Assembly: GCF_022045235.1 (NCBI RefSeq)
Contig: NW_027266264.1
Span: 52,452,001-52,516,000, forward strand
Direction of reading: 5' to 3'
Length of the DNA: 64,000 nucleotides
DNA from: Haliotis cracherodii
Taxonomy: Eukaryota
Of this stretch, positions 11,231 to 21,290 are shown piece by piece; within the stretch, counting starts at the first letter, position 1; each line of letters begins with the position of its first letter. The notes beneath the pieces were generated by a model, which was given only the letters and a program-made list of their open reading frames with translations, was not told the origin of the DNA and searched no databases. The translations under genes were made by a program, and so were the position numbers.

Positions 11231-11357
11231 TTATCCTCCACTGATTGGTGGGATGACTGCCAGTTCGTCCCCGTTATGAAGTTCTAACTCGTTGTCATTT
11301 GGGTCAATATAATCTTCATTCAATGACAATACAATGTTTTCTGAGATAGGGGAAATG
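11231..11357 (-). CDS. MOCS2: MOCS2A exon 3 coding part: (S)ISPISENIVLSLNEDYIDPNDNELELHNGDELAVIPPISGG*; the exon continues to a donor at 11215
   Basis: Diagnostic GDELAVIPPISGG C-terminus with di-glycine; acceptor ttttcag, donor cag|gtaagg; spliced CDS 267 nt = 88 aa. Confidence 0.95.
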
Positions 11358-11703
11358 CTGAAAATATATGAAAAGGTTGCTCAATTTTAAACAGCAGTCA
11401 TATGTCACTGTCAACTAGCTATTGGAAAGTGATGCTTACAGATTGAAACCTATTTCCTATTACTTCTAATTCTGTAACAAATGCAGGTACAGTTTGGTAT
11501 TAGATTTAAGAATAGGGCGCATATTTTCACAAATTTTGTCAAAAAGCACAACCCATGCACGGGTAAAGTTTAGTATCATGATAATAAATATTCAAGCCCA
11601 TGATCAGTTAATTCTGTTGTTACTCAGCAAATTCCAGCACCTTACAAAGAGTAAATGATACTTAAAGAGACAGGCAGAGACACAATATCCATGACAAGCA
11701 AAC

Positions 11704-11825
11704 CTTGGAAACTTGTTCAACAGTAGCTGCAACAGCTGTTGTGCTGACAAAGATGGTGGAGCATCCACAAGTGATTCCTTCTGCCCAACTAAATCACGAC
11801 TTTTGGCAAAAAATAAGACTTTAAT
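11704..11825 (-). CDS. MOCS2: MOCS2A exon 2: IKVLFFAKSRDLVGQKESLVDAPPSLSAQQLLQLLLNKFP
   Basis: MoaD/ThiS-family V-L-F-F-A motif; acceptor tttgtttcag, donor AG|gtttgc; 122 nt, phase 2. Confidence 0.93.
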
Positions 11826-12205
11826 CTGAAACAAACAAACCTGGTTTCATTAATCACAAAATAATGTTGTACATACAGTGTATACTTTATCATAATTTAA
11901 TAATCGTGTGAAGTGTCCTGATCCATATGCTGAATACGGAAATAGTCTTCTATTTCACTGTTCAATCATTTAATTCACAGTTTGCCATAACCATTAGAAA
12001 TTATAGAATGCTCAAACATTGTGTGTGTTGGCACTGTACGGACGTTATGTAAATACGATAGAAAGGACAATTTATCGTAATCGATAATTATCTGACGTTA
12101 ACACGTTTGAATAATCTTTATCTAGTGGTCACTGTTGTTGTTGAAAGGATAAAAAGAAATCGCACTGATTGACAATCACGTTCGTTGTGAAATTGCAGAT
12201 CCTAC

Positions 12206-12223
12206 CTGAATATTGTCTGTCAT
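12206..12223 (-). CDS. MOCS2: MOCS2A (molybdopterin synthase sulfur-carrier subunit) coding exon 1: MTDNIQ
   Basis: ATG ACA GAC AAT ATT CAG|gtagg; joins in phase 0 to IKVLFFAKS; lies in a CpG-rich promoter-like region. Confidence 0.85.
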
Positions 12224-12240
12224 GTTCGTCCCTGTTCCAT
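12220..12240 (-). promoter_or_regulatory. uORF MEQGRT* whose TGA overlaps the MOCS2A ATG (AUGA)
   Basis: ATG GAA CAG GGA CGA ACA TGA read directly; functional only if the TSS is upstream of 12240. Confidence 0.5.
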
Positions 12241-12733
12241 CTCACTGAAGCACTTGAAACAAGAGTAGTCTCCCCTTAATCGCTCAATTGAGACTGGGCA
12301 CTGTCTACTAATTTTGTTGATGCGTCCAGGCATATTAACAAGAAAACCGATTCCTGCGATCATGCAGACGCAAACAAAATAATTGACACCAAAATTTCAG
12401 TAGCAGTCTGAAACCAGCACGTGAGTACAAATGAATTGTAACATATGAATTTGCATAAATTCCCGTCGACCGAAATGAATAGCCTAATCAAACAGGTCGT
12501 AAGAGTTTATCGTTCAATCAGTAAGGACGGCGGGAAATACAAATGAATGCCCATCACAACACTGAATATTGGACATACAATATTTACAACTAGGCCCTAA
12601 TAGGTACAAAACTATTATCTCATTATATGTATATTTGATGGTCACATATCAGAGTTTAAATAGGTTTTAATTACCGAGGTATTTCAAGTATACTATTGTT
12701 TGCCAAAACTAAAGCCTACTAGAAGTAGCCCAT

Positions 12734-13968
12734 GGGAACAAGTCAAAAGGGTAACAGACACACTAACAAAGTCTAGAAGGGCCACACCAAAAACTCAAAA
12801 GGGCCTCAAATCTTAGTCAAAACGGCAACTTGAAAAGCATAAATATAAAGCATAGTGTTTGTTTTTATTTGTTTGCTATATTTATTTCATTAATCCAAAG
12901 GATTTAGTATAACCTTTGATCTATAGTGAAACCTCTGTGTGTGTGGTCTTTATTAAGCTTTCGTAATACATTCTTTGATACTGTGTGTGATGGACCTTTG
13001 ATCATCTGTGAATCCTGTGTGTGTATTGTCTTTACTAAACAGAGTGGGAAAACGATCCAAAGTGCCAGGTGCTTAGATTGTATACCTCTCGTGCCTGTTG
13101 ACCAAAAACGTTTACAGAACTTTAAAGTGTTGTCACTTCCCCTAGTGTACAGTGCATTTACCCTGTGCACACTCATACTATGGTAGATGGATGACCAGAT
13201 GGTGGAAACATGAATACGTTCAAACACCCAAAAGGCGAAGCACAAAGTGTCAAAACGTGTGGTGTCACCCTGGGCAAGTGACTTACCGGTAGTTTTCATG
13301 TGCCTGTTCACCTCGCAGGGAATGGAACCTGATATATGGATGCCCTTAGGCAGCTTGGGTTGTATACTCCCAGGGAATTGAGAATGATAACTGAAATGCA
13401 TATGGATCCACTGGTTGAGGAACAAATAAACCTCATTTTTGCATATACTAGTATCTGGTGTTGTATATAAGTGTATCAAATAATAAGATACTGTGTTGAT
13501 TGTCCACTGTGATTGGATTGACTTAGTGTCAGAGTGATTGGTATATACATGGGGTGAAGTGGATCACTTGCATTACCTACCCCTCAACAAACCTGCTAAA
13601 TGTGTACAGTGTACCCAAACTGTTCTGAAGAATCAGCAAGCTCTTGATAGTGACTCCTGCAAGCATTGGACTCATCGGGCACAGGAATGAGCAATGTTTA
13701 ACCAGTTGAGCCAGAAAATGTGCTTTATAATGCTGATGTATGCCTACTGTAAAGATCTTTGTTTTATGGAATGAATAAAGGTTTAAAACAGACAAAATGT
13801 ATACTTTCATATGTATAATGTCACCACTTTGGGTTTGCTGACCTTTGGACTTTTTAGGGTGTCCCTTTTGACTTTTTTGTGTGGCCGTTTTAACTAGGCG
13901 TTTCTGGTAATTTTTACTCTTTCGTGGCCATTTTGACCAAAAAATTATGGCCGTTTTGACTATAACCA
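12734..13968. mobile_element. Non-autonomous DNA transposon with subterminal repeats (Mutator- or hAT-like)
   Basis: Inverted arrays of agtcaaaacggccac-like units at both ends; flanking direct repeat tagcccat (12726-12733 and 13969-13976). Confidence 0.65.
13180..13430 (+). mobile_element. CORE-SINE-like fragment
   Basis: gtgtcaccctgggcaagtgacttacc resembles the CORE consensus tgtgaccttgggcaagtcactta; followed by a tail-like ttgtatactcccagggaattgag. Confidence 0.5.
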
Positions 13969-14424
13969 TAGCCCATTAAGGCATTCAGTCAACAATTTGA
14001 CTTCCTGCTGACTCAAGTTAATGATCAGGATTTATTTTCCAAAAATAATGTTACATGTACATCAAGCGTGGACATAGCTTTTGGAAAATAGGGATTCATT
14101 TTTGTCATTTTTGTTAAAAACATCACTTTATCACTTAGTTATAGTGTTGTTCAAATTGAATTTATATAACCTTAGTAAACTGGTCACATATTTGTATAAA
14201 TGATTTTCTTATGACAAACCTGATACAGACAACCAATGTTGCTTGAATTTGAAGTATGAACAACAGAACAGGTTATAAGGACATGCTCACAACAGTGTTA
14301 TACATGAACACTTGCCTGATACCCCAAGACCAGAAAGGTTTTCAAAGGACTACTTGATTGCTGGAATAACTACATAGTAATGAGGAAGAGAATATATGGA
14401 TGTCAACTTCTAGATTATGAGGAA

Positions 14425-14464
14425 CACAATGTTTCGGAGTAAATGCTTACTCCTTCATCAGGTG
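14425..14464 (-). ncRNA. Minimal type-I hammerhead ribozyme motif (Penelope-like element end)
   Basis: CAC-CTGATGA-A-GGAGTAA(GCAT)TTACTCC-GAAA-CA-TT-GTG: intact core boxes, 7-bp stem II, 3-bp stem I; sits in insert 14383-14498 flanked by tacatagtaatg. Confidence 0.7.
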
Positions 14465-14791
14465 AATGAATGCCATTTCTAGTATTTGTTGTTAATTATA
14501 CATAGTAATGGACTGGATATAATGACATGCACATATTCTAGGCCCACAATATTGTACCCGATTTTTGATCTGAGTTTACCTTTACTGTTTTCAGATAGTT
14601 TGTTTATGGACTTTGACTGTCTTCTGTTCATAAAGAAATGAATGAAATCTCTAGTATTTGTTGTTAGTTATGCAGTGAATCATATGAATTAACTGAAAAA
14701 TCTTCATTTTTAGTTTCATAGACATGATAAATAATTTTACATTTTAAATAAGCAGGTTTTCAATCACCAAAGGCTCTGTTGACACAAAAAG

Positions 14792-16211
14792 CAGGGTTTC
14801 CCCTGATGCAGAATTCTTGCGTATTTGACTCTCAATTAAGGAAAAATACGTCCAGAAATAAATGACTGCGTCATGACTGACGCAATTTCAAGATATCTAT
14901 GTTTTTGTTTACCAGCTTTGGAATGAAAATATTACAACTACTCACCTGAACTTAATTTATAAACATTTTCTGAAGACAATATATGCAAACATCTTAAAAT
15001 TTACGTCAAGTTTTTAATTAATCGTCGTTTCAAAATATATTTATGCATCAAAGCGAACATAACTCTCACACTCCATGTGGCTTTGATGACAGCATGTGAT
15101 GTAAACAAAGGAAAACTCCGCAAATGGACAAGGTTTTTCATGTTTCGGCATATTTTCTCACTAAAAGTTAACCATAACATATGTTTATCTAGATGTCTAG
15201 ACTCGTAAAAAATGAAACAGAAGAAAATATTATCATTGTTGCGGTGAATAATGTGATTTGGCACGGTCACAGTATGTGGTTAAGCGGAACCTATGGAACG
15301 GGGTAAACAGAAGTTGTAAGTATCAGAGGGACACATGTTTTTGCCGAAATTTAGGTTAACATTATTGAATGAAATCTTAAATAAAATTAATAAAATAGAT
15401 GACAAACATAAGGTCAGATATACAGAGAACACATTTTTATTACCAGATAGTGTAACAACAGGATTAACTTGCGAAATTCAATTCGGATTTGTTGTGCTAT
15501 TTCCGATGACGGATCATGACAGCCTGAAATAAGACTGAAGAAAAGTCTGTGCGTATTACACACGAGAGATATTTTTTTCAGGATTTAATTGCCCATAATT
15601 AGGGGTGTGGATTATACACGAGTGTGTATTATACACAAATAAATATGGTATATACAAAATGTAAAGCTTTGGCCATGTTTGTTGTTGCTAATAAACTGTA
15701 TTCAACCAGAAAATATTATGAGTGTTCACAATTCTTCAGTTCAACTTCACGTTGATAGATAATACAAGATAACTAGATAAAAGATGTAAATGAGTTAGTG
15801 GTATTAAATTATAATCTGACATGAAATGTATTTTAATATCCATCCATGATAAAAAATTATGTCTCACAGTTGAGACTGATGTTATTTATTCATCCTGTAT
15901 TAGTGTCACTGTAAATTGTTTCATGAGCCGTGAAGTAATTAAAGATTGTGAAAAAATAAAACCAACAAACTTTGTTTTTCATTCATATAGCCTTTATTTC
16001 TCTGTAGTACAATCAGCTGAGAACATTAATTAGCACTTGTTAACTTAAACTAAAGACATTTAATATTTAAAAGATACTTAACTTTAAGTGTAACATTAAC
16101 AGTGAACACTTTAAATTTCATTAATCATACAATAAATCATTTGACTCTCAAAAAATATTTTTGAATCCCCAAAATTCATAGGCTGAGTCAAAGTGTCTAA
16201 GGGGAACCCTG
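14792..16211. mobile_element. hAT-like non-autonomous element
   Basis: Termini CAGGGTTTCCCCT / AGGGGAACCCTG, subterminal tttgactc/gagtcaaa motifs, flanking 6-bp direct repeat aaaaag. Confidence 0.6.
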
Positions 16212-18138
16212 AAAAAGTCTTCTCACATCACCTGTGCGGCAAACATTGTTGGATGGACACCCACAATTTCTAAACAAATGGTCATACTATCGATGTATGG
16301 TGCCCAGCCTTTTAGATCGCTGGATGACAAGATGCTCCCCACGATATAAGCAGCTGTAGTTTCACATATGTCAAACTTTAAGGACACAGTCAAAGCCATG
16401 TTCACTTAATTTGTTTCGTAACATTAATTCAGAAAATACTGACATTATATTTGAGAAATTTAATATTAGCAGCACATTTGGATATCTGGAATATAATGTT
16501 ATTTTACATACAGGCAGAGACCATACACCACCAACATATTGATATATGGTCTCTGGTACAGGCAACTCTTGAAAACAATAAATCCGGTTTCAGCTGTAGA
16601 TATCCCAACTTAAATGCCAGAGCTGTTATCGTCATGTGAATTGTGAACAAGCAGATGTTTCAGGTACAACTGTGCTTTAACAAAAGTATAACAAAAATTT
16701 AACATCAGGCCACTAAATGCATCCAGTTTTCTCTTCCTAATGAGATAATCTTATCTGTTTCTGAAGTGAACTAAATTGACTGGTTCAGAAGTGGACGTTA
16801 AACCGATAAATGACTGACTGTCTATTACAATGGAGTTCTTAAATCTGCCATAACTGAGACAATCCACCACAGAATAGAGGTGAGGTCAAGTGAAATGGAG
16901 TTTAACAATGTGCACAGAGTCCGGCCATACATCTGACTCCAACCTATATACTTCAGATGTACCTATTTGTAGTCTAATAATGTCTGATGAAATCATTTCT
17001 TAACACAATTAATTCCATAAAGTTGTGCATATTTATTATTTACTCACCAACTTCTAGAATGCCAATCACACAGTTACAAATAGTTTTGTTCAAATAAAAA
17101 GTATAAAAGTATTTTTATTTTGTGTTAATTTATAGCAACCTTACAATAACTGTTTTTCACAGATTGAATATGTACATCAAGAAAAACTAAAAGTCAAGTG
17201 TGGCCATAATGATATCTTCTGCGTTGGGAAGATTCAATGAATGAATGAATGAATGAATGAATCATTTGACAACATAATATGTCAACACAAGGAAAGTTAA
17301 TGTTCCTTGTCACACAAGGAGAAGTGGGCATTATGCCAATGTTAAGCTTAGCCAGAACCACAGTGTTCTGTGTTTCTAATTCTATACAAGCCCACAGGGT
17401 ATGTTGAACTAGGAGTTTACAATACCTCTCAAGAGGTATAGATGTATTTATATGTATCATGATAATCAACATGTATCCATTGTCACACACACACATGATG
17501 ATGAAACTCAAATCTGTTACTTTCTTTGCTAGGTGCTGGGTATGACATAGCACAATATGAACACAATCTTTACACCTGGGGATCCGTCTCCAATTCCTAA
17601 CATGTGCACGCATGGGTACAGCTCTTTTTTTTAAAAGCTGGGGTCCATTTTGTGATATGGCTATTCACTTTTAGTAATCATGTAATTTTGTTGAAATTAC
17701 TTTACCAAATGAGTTAGTCATAGTGTTGTTATACATTTATATTTAGTATACCTGATTGCCTATTTAAATATCTGAATCTATAGATATTGATAGAGACCAT
17801 ATATCAGTTTATAGTCTCTAAAATTGAGTTTGTTTATAAATTGACAGGTTTGCACACCCCTGTATCCCCATCCCTTTCTGGATCAACATGTATGATGGCA
17901 ACATTGTGAGTAATGGAAACATGACAATGGATGTTTGCTCTGAGCACCTTGAGTATAGGAGGTTGTTTAAAATATTTGTCTTAAAATTAATAAAAGTGCC
18001 ACTGTCAGATCTGTCTGATTCTTGAACTCCTTTAAGTCAATACTATCATATGCTGAAGGATTAGATAAACCTTTGTCAGTCATGGTTAAGGATGTCCTCT
18101 GGTCTGTATATGAGTATTTAACTCGAACTAATATTGTT

Positions 18139-19030
18139 ATTTTTATCTTCTGCCATGAGCTGGGGCCGGGGATATAGGAGTGGAATTCGTCTGTTCGTCT
18201 GTCTGTCTTCCATCCGTCCATCCGCTTCCCAAAGGGGACAGACGAATTTTCTCAAAAACTATTTAAGTTAGAGAAATGAAATGTTACACACTGGTATTAC
18301 TGGTCATGATCTTAAATGAGTTCAAAATTTGGTGTCTAAAATTCATTTTTTACAGAGTTATAGCCCTTGCCCCATGCTTTTCAAATTAATGAATACTGCG
18401 TGAAATGGGGACAAGTTTTCTCAGAAACTACTGATGTCACATGAATGAAACTTTGTAAGCTTATCTAAGAGATAAATTGTCAAAACTGAGTTTGAACAAC
18501 GGTGTGGTAAGTTATTTGTTTACAGAGTTATGGCCCTTGTTCCATGCTTTTCAATTTGCTGCATAGTGTGTGCAGTGGAGACAGCTTTTCTCAGAAACTA
18601 CTGATGTTACATGGATGAAACTATGCATGCTTATCTATGAGATGCAAGTTTGTTAAGACTGTATTCAAAAATTGGTCCCTTAAATTATTTGTTTACAGAG
18701 TTACTACCCTTAGTACATGTTTTTAGATTTTGAGCATACACAGTTTTGGCCCTTGATCCATGTTATTTTTCAAAGTGCATATAAGTGTCTGCAATGAGGA
18801 CATGTTTTCTCAGAAACTACTGAAGTTTATCAAAAATGAGTTCAAGAATTGGTGCCATAAATTATATTTTCCAGAGTGCCTTTTGAGTGTATTAATTTAA
18901 CATTTGATCCTTTTTTCTGATAACATAAAGCGAGCATATCTCTTCTTAAGGGTTCATTTTTTCATTGTTTATATTCACTACTATATGAACAAACATAATT
19001 CTAATGTGGCGGGGGATAGTGATGATGCTG
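18139..19030 (+). mobile_element. Helentron/HINE-like non-autonomous element with an internal tandem array of about 170-200-bp units
   Basis: T-rich start, subterminal IR tatcttctgcc / ggcgggggata, (GTCY)n microsatellite, about 4 repeats of ttttctcagaaactact...acagagttatggcccttg. Confidence 0.6.
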
Positions 19031-19035
19031 TTTTA

Positions 19036-19196
19036 CAGAGGTAGAAACTAACATATTTAGTCCACTAGTCCTTATAACAATATGATATCAAAACCCTTAA
19101 AAATGGCAAATTTCTACTAGTCCCTATGATACCTTACCCCAGTAACTATTGAGCAGTTTGGTAAGGGCTACAGGGCAAGTGCCAATTTCTAATGCT
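19036..19196 (-). mobile_element. About 156-bp hAT-like MITE, family B
   Basis: Reverse-complement match to 43289-43444. Confidence 0.7.
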
Positions 19197-21089
19197 GTTG
19201 TTATTGTTGATTAATTAATCTGTCAAAATATAGAGACCTATAAGGAAATCATTCATGCTGTAAACAGTTTTGTATAAAGGTATAATTATTAGTATTTAAC
19301 TTATCAAAATATCTAACCACTTCTGTATGAAAAGTTTGTCCATAAGAAAACATCAAAATATATTCACAATTTTACAAAACAATGTCATGGTGTCATTCAA
19401 ATATGTTACAATGTAGTGATGTGATAGTTGAAAGAATGTTTTGGTCTTTTGCTTTTGCTGTAAACATAATGGAAATAAATTCACTTTCTGACTGATACAT
19501 AATCATGATAAATTTGTAGCTTTGAATATTTGACTTTTAATCAATGATTCTCTGCTGCATTGCTTTAAAAATTTATGATCCATTGAAAAAAATATGTCTA
19601 TAAAAAGGATTCCCAATTGACACTTTGAGTGAACACAACATCTTATCTACTGACATCCTTAACCGCTAAATTTTCTATTACATTTTACCTTCCTTGAAAA
19701 GTTAAATGATAAACCAGCAAATATCCAGGAGATGATAAGATCTAATCACAGGTTTAAACTAGGAAGCAAGTATTTCAAAGCAGAAAGTTACAAAAATGAC
19801 AGTTGCCCTCAATATATTTTAACTTTTTCTCCTGTTGATGTAATGATTATAGTTTATTGCAGTTCACTTGAAAAGTGAAGACTTCATTTCTCTCGAAAAT
19901 GTGTTCTAAAGGAACTTGGTTATTGAAATGGTTCACACAAAAAAGTCACCACATGTTATGACTACTTTGTAACTAATTGGTAATGAAAATGTTAATTGAC
20001 ACTAATGCGTCATGTAGACCACCCATAGGGAACAATTGCCACAAATATGTTACACACCACATTTCAAAACCAAGATGCTTTCACCATGTGCTTCTGAGAC
20101 AACCATAGCAGTAGTGAAAGTTTGTGTCACAGCAAAATATGATGCAGCAATGAGCTGTTATCATATCATAAGCATCTTAATTCAAACCTTCTATGTACCT
20201 ATACCATAGGTTCATCAAAAGGGACAGTGAAAATATTGATTAAGTCATTGTGTGTTGTTATTAATGCAGTTAAGTTTATGTTAAGAACATTCTTAAACTT
20301 TGATATTATGTCTTGAGGACCAGGGATGCTAAAACATATTTTACAGACATGCAATTTGGCACTTGCCTGCCAGCCCAAGTCAGTTTATCTAATGTTGAAG
20401 GCATCCTGAGAGCTAGTAGAATCTCAGGCTTTTGACATGTTTTATGGGGAGTTCTTATATGTTATCACCATACTGGCTTGTGAATGGTTCTGGTTAAGCG
20501 GCATCACTGTTTGTTATGACAAACGGACCGAATGGCATCAACATTTTTGGAAATTGACACCACAGTATCGACCAATTATATGATTATGTGGAATAGTGAT
20601 TAAGTAACAACCACCTACTGGTAGGGAAATGGTACTGAAGACATTTTTTTATGGCAATAATGGTGCATGTTTACGACAAGGTTGCTTGCCACCCTTTCAT
20701 CCAGCAGTGTAATAGGTGTGAGAATAATTTGTCCAGGCAGCCAACAGCATGCCAGGCATACTGATCCCACACAATTGATCTCTGTCACTGACAATCTCCC
20801 AATACATGACCCAGTGAATGGCAGCATTAAGCTGACATCGACATTTGTTTGGTTGAGATGTAGGTTATGGAAGATTATTAAATCTGGCTTTGCACTTTCA
20901 ACATGAATGAACTGAAATGCATGAAACAGTTCACTGAATGTACCAGAATAAAGGTACATGGATTTTTATGAGACCACACTTCGTTGCACCTTTGGCCAAT
21001 TTTCAAAGTAAAACATGTTTTAAATCTTGTATTATCCCATTTAAGAAATTTGTGAAGTTGAACATACAGTAGGTAAATAAACAACGTCA

Positions 21090-21290
21090 ATGCCAGAGAA
21101 TAACCTGTCTTGATTATCTGATGAAACAGATTCCTTTGGACGTAAAAGGAAAAGTAGCGGTGAAAATTATATGAATGGATCACTGAAAATGTGTGATGAC
21201 ACCAGTGTTTGCAAAAAGGGTAAGCATGTCCTGCCCCACCGGTTGTACACACCACTCACGCAATTTGCTTAAAAAAGTATATGCTTGTTG
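21090..21290 (+). repeat. Interspersed repeat also present at about 45705-45900
   Basis: Shared gccagagaa...tgtcttgattatctg...aattatatgaatggatcact...gatgacaccag. Confidence 0.7.

Larger units (their letters stand above)
12030..12540. promoter_or_regulatory. CpG-enriched MOCS2 promoter, possibly bidirectional; octamer ATTTGCAT at 12449-12456; plus-strand splice donor cac|gtgagt at 12420/12421
   Basis: Visibly higher CpG density than the flanks; surrounds the first exon. Confidence 0.55.

Noticed and set aside
11285-11325. +1-frame ATGs in exon 3 as a human-like overlapping MOCS2B start
   Set aside because: The frame closes at TAG after 11 codons and would not be in frame with the next exon
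12904-13479. 191-aa minus-strand ORF (and the 130-aa ORF at 13577-13969)
   Set aside because: Lies inside a TIR element, antisense to a SINE fragment; no recognisable domain or splice structure
16223-16405. Coding-looking 60-aa ORF
   Set aside because: No recognisable homology or convincing splice sites in any frame
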